Source: an uncultured Planctomycetaceae bacterium
GTDB taxonomy: Bacteria; Planctomycetota; Planctomycetia; Planctomycetales; Planctomycetaceae
Reading direction: 5' to 3'
Length of the DNA: 64,000 nucleotides
Assembly (NCBI GenBank): GCA_963813715.1
Contig: CAWFAK010000007.1
Span: forward strand, 864,001-928,000
The translations under genes were made by a program, and so were the position numbers. Below are positions 41,412 through 51,635 of the stretch, one piece after another (the stretch's first letter is position 1; the number at the start of each line of letters is the position of its first letter). The notes under the pieces are model-generated. The model had not been told where the DNA came from and ran no database searches. It saw only the letters and a program-made list of their open reading frames with translations.

Positions 41412-42855
41412 TCACACCCAAATATCCGAAGTGCAATCCCCACCCGGGAAGCGGATCTCGTGCGCGCGCACCGGCGCCCGTTGGTTCCTTGCCGAAGTCG
41501 ACGAGGAAGTTTTCGTTGACGGTCAGGCTGCCGTCGGGGTTGCAGTCGAATTGCATCAGGTAGGAACCCTTGGTGGCGAAGTCGGGGTAGAACTGGTTGT
41601 CCCAGGTGCTGTAGAGCGAGTTGGTCATGTAGAGCCGCTTGCCGTCGAGGCTCAGGTTGAGCATTTGCGGGCCGCCGTTGAGGTCGCGGCCTTTGACCGA
41701 GCGTTTCTTGCCGAGGACGCCGCCGAGCCAGACTTGGGCCGTCAGCTTGGGATGGGCCGGGTCGCTGACGTCGTAGCGGCGGATGTCGCCGTGCAGCCAG
41801 TTGGAGAAGTAGAGCCAGCGGTCGTCGAGTGAGAGGACGAGGTCGGTGATCAAGCCGGGGACAGGGAACGGCCAGCCCTTCTGTTCGACCGGATCGACCT
41901 GGATCACTTTGTCGGCCTTCCAGGTGTTGCCGTCCTGGTGCCAGTGCCAGATCGCGCTGCTGAGTGCGGCGCCGACGAAGCCGTGCTTGCTCGACGGTTC
42001 GTGATGGAAGCGGACTTCGAGCGGAATCAGCCCCGCCTCGCCGAGGTCGATCGTTTGCAGGATCTGCCGCTTCTCCCAGTCCCAGAAATTGAGATGGCGG
42101 CCGTATTTGCCCGCCGCCACGTCGGGCGGTTTGAAGCCGTCTTTGATCGTGTTGGGAGCGCCCCATTCGCTGCTGACCATCACGTTGTGGCGCGGCTGAT
42201 ACCAGAAGTCGTAATTAAAGGTGATGCCGCTCTTGGCAGGGTCCCAGCGGCCGGCGACGTTGAACTTGTCGTCGAGCAGCAGGAACCCGCCGGGCAGGTC
42301 GCCCTTCGCGTCGCCGAGCATGGAGATCATGATCTCGCCGGTCGGCAGGCAATGCACCGTGTGCGGACCGGTGAGGTTCGTCTTCGAGATGATTTCTTCC
42401 GGGCCGATGACCTTGTGCATCTTCGGCCGCCGCGGGTCGGCGACGTCGATGATGTGGATGCGGGTCGACTTCAGGCCGGGCACGACCAGGAACCGCCGCA
42501 TGTGCTTCGCGTCGCCGTGGCAACTGCTGCACGCGTTCCAGCCGAAGTGATGCAGCTCGTCGCCCAGCTCGGGCATCGGCACGCGCTCGATCACCTGCGA
42601 ATAAGTTGACGAAGCCGGATCGACGTCGACGATCGCCAGGAAGTCGGGCTTCTTGACCGACGTTGCGGCATACGTCGCCGTGACGAAGGCGATCTTTTCC
42701 CGCTCGCTCTGCATGGCCTCGCGCGGCGATGCGTAGGTGGAGTGACCGGAGCCCCCTTCCCCGTGATGGTGGGCGGCCAGACCGCGACTCCCCAAAGCAG
42801 ACGAGGCGGCCGCCGCGGCCGCCGTAGCGAGAAATTCACGTCGACGCATGGTCAT
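41412..42855 (-). CDS. Selenium-binding protein SBP56 / methanethiol-oxidase-like beta-propeller with Tat signal (frameshift near the C-terminus)
   Basis: MRRREFL Tat motif; DELHHFGWNACSSC, GPHTVHC, YDFWYQPRHNVMVSSEWG, GPQM; C-terminus AHEIRFPGGDCTSDIWV* is in another frame. Confidence 0.92.
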
Positions 42856-43072
42856 TCCCCTGATTGATGATGCAAAGTCTCGCGAGGCTCGTTCGTTGGC
42901 CAGTACGCGGCATTGTACGACGCCCTGCTCACGCGGCAACCTGGCAGCCACGGCTTGTCAGATGCCCGACCTTGCGGGGTCCGTCCTTGGGAGAAATACC
43001 CGTAGTTCGCGCCCCCCGCTCGGGTTAGACTCAAAGCGGGCCACCTTCGTGCTTCTGGACCACTGATGATCC

Positions 43073-46000
43073 GTGGACTCTCAAGCGGCTGACAACACGG
43101 GGATCGATTCGGCGTCGAGTGACGCTGCCTCGTCGCCGCTGGTCCCGCCGTTCGCCCGTCTGGTGATTCGCGTCGCGGACGGCCCGTCGGTCACGAAAGA
43201 CATCCTCCGCCCCACCACGCTGGTCGGAGCGGTCGGGCCGTGCAATATCGAGTTGGTCGGCCCGGGCGTCGGCCCCGTGCACTGCGTGTTTGCCGTCGAA
43301 GGCGGCGGCCTGCGCGTGCACGATCTCGCGCGGCCAGCGGCACCTGGGTCAACGGCGAGCGAATCGAGGTCGCCCCCCTCGCTTCGGGAGACGTCGTTCG
43401 CGTCGGTGAGTTCGAGTGCCGTGTCGAAACCAATCTCCCGCGAATCGCCGACACGACCGACACCGGCAGCCACGCTCGCCTGGTGATCGCCGGTGGCGAT
43501 GGCCGCAGCATCGTCAAAGATATTTTCCGCGCGACGACGCTCGGCGGCAGCCGGGCCGGTTGCAACATCCAGTTCGGCGGTCCCGAAGTCTCCCCCGCCC
43601 ATTTCGTGCTCACGGTCTTTGCCGGCCGTCTGCGGATTCGCGACCTGCGGACCCGGTTTCCGACGCGGGTCAACGGCCGAGCCGTCACCGCGTGGACGCT
43701 GGCCGACGGTGACGAGATCGCGGTGGGCCCGTTCGGCGCCCGTCTCGAGACGAGCCTGCCGGCCGTCGCAGATGATCCGGAAAATCAGCTCGACGCCCGC
43801 TTCGGCCCCACGCCGGCTGCGCCCAACCAAGAGAGCGTTCGTCAAGAAAACGCCCGCCTCGAACAGGAACGCAGCGAGCTGGCGGCCGCCCGCGAGGCGG
43901 TGGCCGCGGAACGGACTGAATTGGCTCGGCTCCGCGCCGAACTCGATGACGAACAGACGCGTCGCCGGGCAGAACTCAGTGACGAACAGACGCGTACCCG
44001 TCAGGAGTCGGCGGCTGCATTCAGTGCCGCGACCGGCGAGCTTGAGCAGGCCCGCTCCGAATTGGCCGCTCAGCGTGCGACGTTGGACACCAATCGCGCA
44101 ACTTTCGAAGCCGAGCGTGCGACATTCGAAGCCAACCGAGCGAAAGTCGAGGCCGAGCGCGAGGAACATCGGTCGGCCGCGGCCGCGCTCGCCGCGCGCG
44201 AACTCGCGTCGCAGGCGCAGGACAAGGAACTCGGGGCGAACCGTACGAGCCTGCAGAGTGAGCGGAGCGGCGCTCGCGGCGGACCGATCGGCGCTCGAGA
44301 CTTTAGAGGCCGAACTCGACGCTCGTGCTCGCCAGGTCGCGACTTCGACGCAGGATCTTCAGCAGCGGTCGGCGCGGCTCGAGGAGCGGGACGCCGACTT
44401 CCGCGCTGCGGAGAATCGGCTGGCCGCGGCGAACGAGGCTGCGGCACGGCGGGAGGCCGATTGCCGGCAGCGCGAGGAAGAATGCCGCCGCCGCGAGGAG
44501 GAGTGTCGGCTGCGCGAGGCGGATCTCCATTCGGGCTCGGCCGGGCTCAAGTCCGAGGCCGAGCGCATCCGTCAACACAACGAAACGGCCGCACGCGAGC
44601 GGGCTGCCCTCGATCATGACCGCGACGCTCTGGCCGCGACGCGAAGTCGGCTCGAGGCTGACCGCAACGAGCTGGCCGAGCAGCGGCGACAAATCGAGAC
44701 CGATCGAGCATCGCTGGCCGAGGCACGTCAAAAGCACGAGGCGGATCGGCAGGCCGTGCAAACCGATCGCTCCTCGCTCGAAAAGCGGCAGCGGACGCAC
44801 GAGACCAAGGCCCGGGAGCACGAGCGGCTCGCCCAGGAGTTGACGCAGCGGCAAACTGAGCTGGCCGGGCATGCCGCCGGGCTTGAGACGCGTCGCGACG
44901 AGCACTCGCGCCGCGAAGCCGATCTCGCGACGCGACAACAGGCGGTGGAGACCGAACACGCAGCCGTTGCGGAAGTGCTTCAGGTGCTCCATCGGCATAC
45001 CGCCGAACTCGAGAGCACTCGGGCCGCCCTGATACAGGAGTCTGAGCGCCAGCTTGCACAAGCGGCCGGGCTGCAGGCGCGATCGCAGACACTGACTAAA
45101 GACAACGATCGGCTGGCCGAGCGCGAGCGAGTTCTGACCAAGGCGCAGCTCGCGGCTGAGAAAGACCAAAAAAACCTCGCCGCGGATCGCCAGAGCCTGG
45201 AGCAATCCGCGGCCGAACTGGCAGCGGCGCGGCAAAGTCACGAAGCCGAACGAACGGCCCTCGCCGCCGATCGCCAGAAGCTCGAACAGACGGCCGCAGC
45301 GCTCGCCAACGACCGGAAGGCGCACGAGTCGGAGCGGCGTCAGCTCGCCGACGAGCAAAAGAAGCTCGAGCTGGCCGTCGCTTCTGTGGCAGCGAGTGAA
45401 AAAGCTGTCGAGTCGAATCAGCAGAAACTCGCCGGCGAACGGAAACGCTTGCAGGCGGAGTCGGCGGCCCTCGAGATCACGCGGGCGCGACCTCGAGCGA
45501 CAAGCGGCGCAGCTGGCCGCCCGGGCGACCGATCTCGCGCAGCTCGAGACGGACCTCACCGAACAGGCCCATCGGGTGACCGCGAACGAGGCGACATTGA
45601 CCCAATCGACACGCGAGCTGTCGAATCGCGCCGAACAGCTGTCCGCACAAGAGGCCGATCTGGCCGGCCGGCGGCGAGAGCACGACGCCCGACGCGACGA
45701 GCTCAACGAGCGGCTGCGGGAAGTCGAGCAGACGGAAACCAATCTCGGCCGCAGCCTGGCCGCGCTGGGGCAGGAGCACCGCCAGCTCGAAGCGCGGCTG
45801 GCGGAATTCGAGCAGCAGCAGGCGCGATTCCAGGAAGACCAAACGGCGTTGCGAGCCGCCGAAGCCGCGACAGCCCGGTTGAGAGAGACCCTCGAACGCG
45901 ATCGCTCGTTGCTCGACGAGCGACTGGTGCAGCACGCGTCGAAGCAGGAAGCGCTGGCCGCCAGCGAGCGGGCCGTCGAGCAGGAGCGCAAGCGGCTGGA

Positions 46001-47428
46001 CTTCGTGCGGGGCGAACTCAATCAGCAGCACCTGCGGTTGGGCGAAGATCGGGCGGCGGCCGAAGCCGCGCGACAGGATCTCGCGAAGGCCCAGCAGGAG
46101 TTCGACGAGCGCGAGCGGCGCGTCACGGAATCGGAAGTCGATCTCTCGACGCGGCAGATCACGCTCGCGGCCGAGTCCGAGCGGCTCGACGCCGAGCGCG
46201 AGCGGCTCGAAGAATGGGCAAGGCGGCTCCGCGCCGAGCAAGCTTTCGCCCGCGCCGCGAAGAAGCAGTTCCAGACCACGGTCGACGAGTTCCGCTCCGA
46301 GAATCGCCGCTTCCAGATGGCGATCGGCGCGATCCGCAGCGACCGCGAGCGTCAACGCCGCCGCCGCATCGGGTCGAAGCAAGTCGCCGAAGATCGCGAG
46401 CTGGCGCAGGTCCTCGTGAACGAGGGACTGCTCGACGAGGCCCAGGCCGAATGGTTCGCCTCCGATCAATACGGCGACTCACGGCTGGCCGGCTTCGAGA
46501 CGGTCGAGTTCATCGCGAAGGGCGACGAGAGCTGGATCTGCGAGGCCATTGATGCTCAAACGAAGCAGCGGGTCGCCGTCAAAATCCTGCGCGGCCGCTC
46601 CGGGCCGGTGCCGAAGCGCGGCGGCGGCTGGCGGCGGAACTGCGTCTCGGGCAAGCCGTCGATCACTCCGCCGTCGTGCGCGTGCTCGCGGGCGGCCCGG
46701 ACGAAGAATGCCCCTTCCTGGCGATGGAGCTGGTGGCCGGGATCTCATTGGTCGAACTCATCGGCTTGCACGGCGCCCTGCCGTGGCGGGAGGCATGCAA
46801 CTATGCCTTCCACGCCGCCGTCGGATTGGGGAAGTTGCACGACGCGGGAATTGTGCATCGGGCCATCGAGCCAGCGAATTTGCTCGTCGACCGCGAGGGA
46901 GGGCTGAAAGTCGCCGACCTCGGTTCGGCCGACGCCCCATTCCTTCACGACGAGGGCGCGCCGCCCCTACCCTTCACGGCGACACCTTATTCGTCGCCGG
47001 AGCTCTTCGGAGACGTTCCGGCGGGCGACGTGCTGACCGACATCTTCAGCCTCGGCTGCACCATCTATCACGCGCTCTGCAGCACGCCGCCGTTCGACCA
47101 GGCGCCGCGGCCGCAGAACGGTCCGGCCGCGTTCGTCACGCCTCAGCCGCTGCGATCGTTCGTGTCGGACCTGCCGTCGGAAGTTGTGCGGATCGTCAAG
47201 AAAATGATGACGCCCGACCGCAACAAGCGATTCAAGTCGATGGACGACGTGGCCCGCGCGCTGGGTCCCTGGGCGCGGCGACAGCAAGCCTATTTCGACC
47301 GGCCGGCCATCGTGGCTCAACGCTCCCTCGACGCCCGCGCCCGCCTCCGCGCCATGGCCCGCCAGCTCGCCCAGCGAGCGCAATCGCCCGAATCAGTGGC
47401 TGAGTCGGACGTCTCGCCGATCGGCTAA
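43073..47428 (+). CDS. FHA-FHA-long coiled coil-Ser/Thr (pseudo)kinase protein (multiple frameshifts)
   Basis: Two FHA-like domains; about 800 aa of heptad coil across frames; kinase VAVK, MELVAG, HRAIEPAN, DLG, SPE, DIFSLG. Confidence 0.75.
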
Positions 47429-47663
47429 GTCGCGGCGCGCGGTCTGTTCGCGAAAGTGCGTGCTTCGAGACAACGCCCGGCGAGCCCCCAGCGTGAGCTG
47501 GGGGGTGCTTACTCTTCATATTTTTCGTTGCGACATTCTCTCCGAGCAGACAAGAAACGCAAAGCACCATCGGGCTGACGCCCGACGCTCGCCTGGGTTA
47601 CTGCGCCATCGTGCGCCGAGCGTGAAAGACGCGCTGACACTTGGGGCCCGGCTGGTCATCTCG

Positions 47664-48201
47664 TCAAACGGCTCCCTGCTCGGGCGTTTGCGGCTGCCAA
47701 TAGAACTTGTACGCGTCGCCCAGTTGCATCCGCGTGTAGCAGACGATTTCCTGCGTGTGGCCGTTGAAGTGCGGAACGGAGTGGAAGATCGCGCCCCAGC
47801 CGGTGACCGCAAAGCCTTGAATCGTCCGCTCGCGCAAGCTCGGCGGGGCTACTGCGAGCGAGCGTCTGTTGGGCCGCGACGACGACCCGGCGTCAGCTTT
47901 TCGATCAGCACCGACTTCGGCATCGGTCCGCGCTCGGCGAACTCGGCCGGCCGCTGACGCGTGTCGGCCACTCCGCCGACCCCCGAGACGATCCATTGCT
48001 GGAGGTTGCCGCACAGGTGCAGGATCAGATTGCCGATCGAGTTGAGCGACGCGGCGGGCCGCCACCAGAATCTGCTCGTCGGAGAGCTGGTTGACGCAAT
48101 GGCCGATCTTGGCCGCACACTCGTCGAGTAGCTTATTCGCCTCGGCAAGTGCGGAACGTGACGACATCTTCGGCAGTGAGCGACTCGGCAGCCGGCGGCA
48201 T
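47664..48201 (-). CDS. DinB/DUF1572-family protein (frameshifted)
   Basis: WWRPAASLNSIGNLILHLCGNLQQWI, RQRPAEF and HFNGHTQEI across frames. Confidence 0.8.
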
Positions 48202-48311
48202 GACTGGGCTCCGCGAAAGGAAAGGTTCGGAGATGATCGATGCGCGATTGGCGACACGTCGGCTGGCCAGCGAGTTCGCGGCAGCCGGCGGAAAACCATG
48301 GCCGGCGGACG

Positions 48312-48878
48312 CTATCGCGCCGCCCGGAAACAGTCCACGACGTGATCGTTCACCAAGCCGACGGCTTGCATGTAAGCATACATGATCGACGAACCGACAA
48401 AGCTCATGCCCCGCTTCTTGAGATCCTTGGCGAGTGCGTCGGATTCGGACGTGGTGGCGGGGACGTCTTTCATCGATTTCGGGCGGTTGATCTTGGGCTT
48501 GCCGCCGACGAACCGCCACAGGTAGGCGTCGAACGAGCCGAATTCCTTTTGGATCGCCAGAAAGACTTGAGCGTTCTTCCGCGTCGAGAAGACCTTCAGC
48601 CGATTGCGGATGATGGCCTCGTCTTTGAGTAGCGCTTCGAGCTGCGCGTCGGTCATCCGCGCGACTTTTTTCGGGTCGAAGTTTTTGAATGCCTTCCGAT
48701 ACCCCTCGCGGCGCTGCAGGATCGTATACCAGCTCAGCCCAGCCTGTGCGCCTTCCAAAATGAGCATCTCAAACAGTTTTTGATCGTTGTGGACGGGCCG
48801 GCCCCACTCCTTGTCGTGATAGTCCGCATAGTCAGGCTTGTTGGCCGGCACCCACGGGCAGCGAGTCTTGTCTGGCAT
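48312..48878 (-). CDS. tag: DNA-3-methyladenine glycosylase I
   Basis: RCPW, YHDKEWG, LEGAQAGLSW, IIRNRLKV, GLVNDHVVDC. Confidence 0.96.
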   Translation of the reverse strand: MPDKTRCPWVPANKPDYADYHDKEWGRPVHNDQKLFEMLILEGAQAGLSWYTILQRREGYRKAFKNFDPKKVARMTDAQLEALLKDEAIIRNRLKVFSTRKNAQVFLAIQKEFGSFDAYLWRFVGGKPKINRPKSMKDVPATTSESDALAKDLKKRGMSFVGSSIMYAYMQAVGLVNDHVVDCFRAAR

Positions 48879-48932
48879 AGTTGGTCCATCTGCCGAAGCT
48901 GCATTTTTGAAGCTGCACGCATTCTAATCTCC

Positions 48933-49013
48933 GGGTGGCACTGGCGGCTTGTCCGCCAGTGGGCCTTTTAGAGCGACAAGAAGACACTGGCGGACGAGCC
49001 GCCAGTGCCACCC
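48933..49013. repeat. REP-like inverted repeat pair
   Basis: GGGTGGCACTGGCGGCTTGTCCGCCAGTG ... CACTGGCGGACGAGCCGCCAGTGCCACCC. Confidence 0.8.
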
Positions 49014-49035
49014 ATCGGCAGAAAATGAGCTCGAC

Positions 49036-49070
49036 ACCGGGCCGCGGTTGCTGAAGAACCGCGGCCCGGT
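49036..49070 (-). terminator. Perfect 14-bp hairpin downstream of slipin
   Basis: ACCGGGCCGCGGTT-gctgaag-AACCGCGGCCCGGT; no clear T tail. Confidence 0.5.
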
Positions 49071-49118
49071 TGAGCCTGAACACTACAAGACGGCGCACCG
49101 CCCCTGCCGTGAGGCGCT

Positions 49119-50228
49119 TCACAGCAGGTTTACGATGCGATCCGTCAGGCCCTTCTCGCCGACAACGACATTCAGCTTGCCGCTGCCGGCGATCTTTTCC
49201 AGAACTTCCAGCTCACGCAGCCGCATGAGCGTCGGGTTGTCCGCCAGCAGCTTGGCCGTGTTGGCCTGGCTGCGGATGGCGGCCGTCTCTTCGCGGCGGG
49301 CGATGAGGTTGGCCTCGGCGGCCTTCTTGGCCTCCGTCACCTTGTTCATCAGGTCCTTCATGTCGCCCGGCAGGATCACATCCCGGATGCCCACCGACGC
49401 GATTTCCAGACCCAACTCGCCCGCCCGACGGCGCACGCTCTCCTCGACGTCCCGCGCCACGGCGTCCTTGTCCGTGAGGAAGTTGTCGAGCTCGCGCGCA
49501 CCGATCACGCTCCGCAGCACCAGCTGCGTCTCGCGATAGAGCGCCTGACGCACGTCGTCCGTCTGGCTGACGGCCTGCCGTGCGTCGACGACCTTGTAGG
49601 TCACCACGGCATTCAGCCGCAGCGTGACCTTGTCGGCCGTCATGATCTCCTGACCGCCGACGTCGACCATCGTCTCGCGCAGGTCGACCTCGACCACGAG
49701 GGCCTCGGCCGGACCCTTCCAGAAGGCGTACTCGCCCGGCGCCAGCGTCTCGACATAGCGGCCGTCGACGAAGAGCACGCCCGCGCAGTCGCGCTTCACC
49801 GTGCACACGTCCAGGTACCGCTGCGCCCTCGCCGAGCGGACGATCGCCTTGAACTGGTCGTGCTCGAAGCGAACGTGCCGCGCGTCGAGCACCTCGACGT
49901 CGACCCGCTTCTGGCCCTTCCAGTACGCGTACTGGCCGCCGGCCAGCACGTGGGCGAAGCGACCCTCGATCCACACGAGAGCCCGCTCGTAGTCCTTGAG
50001 GTCGAGCACCACGGCGCGGTCGCCGAGCGCACCCGACTTCACGATCAGGTCGAGCTTCTCGTGCGAGAGCCACGTCGCCCGCCGCGACACGACGTCGACC
50101 GCCACCTTGCGGAGCGGGTCGATGAACCAGTGCGTACCCTGCTCGAGCACGCGGCGGAACTCGCCGTCGCGGAAGTAGAGACCCATCTCGTAGCTGCGGA
50201 TCTTGTAACGCTTGAAGACGAACATCAT
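49119..50228 (-). CDS. Slipin-family SPFH/band-7 protein
   Basis: GGAGGT RBS; repeated GL.F.DG....L..G...FW modules; QEIMTADKVTLRLNA, GIRDVILPG, NPTLMRLRELE. Confidence 0.92.
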   Translation of the reverse strand: MMFVFKRYKIRSYEMGLYFRDGEFRRVLEQGTHWFIDPLRKVAVDVVSRRATWLSHEKLDLIVKSGALGDRAVVLDLKDYERALVWIEGRFAHVLAGGQYAYWKGQKRVDVEVLDARHVRFEHDQFKAIVRSARAQRYLDVCTVKRDCAGVLFVDGRYVETLAPGEYAFWKGPAEALVVEVDLRETMVDVGGQEIMTADKVTLRLNAVVTYKVVDARQAVSQTDDVRQALYRETQLVLRSVIGARELDNFLTDKDAVARDVEESVRRRAGELGLEIASVGIRDVILPGDMKDLMNKVTEAKKAAEANLIARREETAAIRSQANTAKLLADNPTLMRLRELEVLEKIAGSGKLNVVVGEKGLTDRIVNLL

Positions 50229-50339
50229 CCACCTCCTTCCCGGAGGATTTCTGAACGAGCTAACCAAGTCAGCTCGCTGAACTTCAGCTGCGAGCGCGCT
50301 CTGCGTAAGGTTCAAGACCACTGACGAAACGAACAGGAG

Positions 50340-50717
50340 AATAAAGACGCCGTCAGAGGGAAAAACGTTCGCCGATCACACGCAAAAACGCGGAAGGCGT
50401 TTGAGCCGCGGGCTCGCTGGGCGTCGACGCGTCTCGAGAATCGCCTTCGTTCGACGGCGTGCCGTCGAACCCTCAGCGATTCCGTCCCCGCGCCGTTGCC
50501 GAACGAGCGTCACGGCGGAATCCGCGCCCTACAGGGCGTGTTTACGTGTTGCCCAGACACGCCCGGACCCGTTGCCGAAGCACCGCTTTCGCGATCCTCG
50601 GCGGTTTCCGGCACGTGACTGAAGCCGATCGAACGAGCGTTTTCCCTCCTCGGGCGTTGCGGCGCGGTCTTGCGACCGCGTCGTCTCGGTTTCGAGCTCG
50701 GTTAACAGCCGAGTGCT
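50340..50717 (-). ncRNA. Candidate large structured non-coding RNA between the tRNA array and slipin
   Basis: No convincing ORF; hairpins capped by GCAA, GAAA and TTCG; long-range helix 50634-50648 with 50356-50371; Asn-like anticodon stem-loop at 50697-50713. Confidence 0.55.
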
Positions 50718-50794
50718 TGGTGCTTGGTGCGGGAGTCGAACCCGCGACAGCCAGACCTTAAATCTGGTGCTCTTCCGACTGAGCTAACCGAAGT
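50718..50794 (-). tRNA. tRNA-Leu(TAA)-like, short variable loop, CCA encoded
   Basis: CCAGA-ttTAAgg-TCTGG; GCGGG-TTCGACT-CCCGC; bulged acceptor stem. Confidence 0.7.
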
Positions 50795-50899
50795 TGGTGA
50801 CGGCCGTTTTAGAACCCATGTCCGGAACACACGAACCTGATCCACGAGACCGCGTGCCAGTCTCGGGAGGCCCTTGCGCCGCTGGACGGGCCGACACCA
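50795..50899 (-). ncRNA. Candidate ~105-nt structured RNA (Y-RNA-like closed stem)
   Basis: 5' TGGTGTCGGCC pairs with 3' GGCCGTCACCA; internal hairpin CGAGAC/GTCTCG. Confidence 0.4.
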
Positions 50900-50918
50900 C
50901 CGAAGCAAGCCTGAAAAG

Positions 50919-50990
50919 AAACGCCGGTGGGAGTCGAACCCACTACAAGCCGCTTTGCAGGCGGCCGCCCTACCGTCTGGCTCCGGCGTT
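50919..50990 (-). tRNA. tRNA-Cys(GCA)
   Basis: GCCGC-ctGCAaa-GCGGC; U73. Confidence 0.88.
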
Positions 50991-51015
50991 AGATGCGTTT
51001 CAAAGATCTCAAAAA

Positions 51016-51087
51016 TGTCCTCGCCAGGATTCGGACCTGGTCCTCGACCTTCGCAGAGTCGCGTGCGATCCACCACACTCCGAGGAC
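51016..51087 (-). tRNA. tRNA-Arg(GCG)
   Basis: CGACT-ctGCGaa-GGTCG; variant T-loop TCCGAAT. Confidence 0.82.
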
Positions 51088-51108
51088 GTTGCGCACTTGT
51101 CGTGCGAG

Positions 51109-51179
51109 TACCCCGCCGAGGATTCGAACCTCGTCTGGCAGCTTCGAACACTGCCGTGCGTCCACCACACTCGCAGGGC
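51109..51179 (-). tRNA. tRNA-Arg(TCG)
   Basis: GCAGT-gtTCGaa-GCTGC; T-loop TTCGAAT. Confidence 0.85.
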
Positions 51180-51259
51180 AATTCGTAGAACTCGCATTGA
51201 AGAAAACGAAGCACCCGACGGCTCACGCCGTCGGCTCGCCGGGTCTCCTCGCGCTTTCA

Positions 51260-51331
51260 TGTCTCGACCTGGATTCGAACCAGGACCAGGACCTTCGGAG
51301 GGTCCGATGCGATCCGTTACACCATCGAGAC
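51260..51331 (-). tRNA. tRNA-Arg(CCG)
   Basis: GGACC-ctCCGaa-GGTCC. Confidence 0.9.
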
Positions 51332-51362
51332 GCTGTCGCCAAAATCTTCCAAAAGAACGCAG

Positions 51363-51436
51363 AGCCGACGGCTGGATTCGCACCAGCATCATCCTGTTTA
51401 CAAGACAGGCGCCTTTCTGTTTCGAGCCACGTCGGC
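51363..51436 (-). tRNA. tRNA-Thr(TGT)
   Basis: CCTGT-ctTGTaa-ACAGG; variant T-loop TGCGAAT. Confidence 0.85.
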
Positions 51437-51454
51437 ACTCAAACGATCGATCAA

Positions 51455-51526
51455 GCACGAACGCGAGGATTTGAACCCCGTCGGGCGGTTTTGGAGGCCG
51501 CCGGCTCTCCCAGGAGCACGCTCGTG
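51455..51526 (-). tRNA. tRNA-Trp(CCA)
   Basis: GCGGC-ctCCAaa-ACCGC; T-loop TTCAAAT. Confidence 0.78.
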
Positions 51527-51555
51527 TAAAGCCACGACCGGCGCGGACGGTTCCG

Positions 51556-51627
51556 GGAGGGCGAAGCTCCTGCTGAGCCAGCATTCTTCTGCAAGCAAAG
51601 CAGAGGTCGGCGGGAGCCTCGCCCTCC
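51556..51627. repeat. REP-like inverted repeat
   Basis: GGAGGGCGAAGCTCCTGCTGAGCC ... GGTCGGCGGGAGCCTCGCCCTCC. Confidence 0.75.
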
Positions 51628-51635
51628 AGGAACAA

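Noticed and set aside
44303..46021. 572-aa minus-strand Ser/Arg-rich ORF
   Set aside because: Antisense of the coiled-coil gene.
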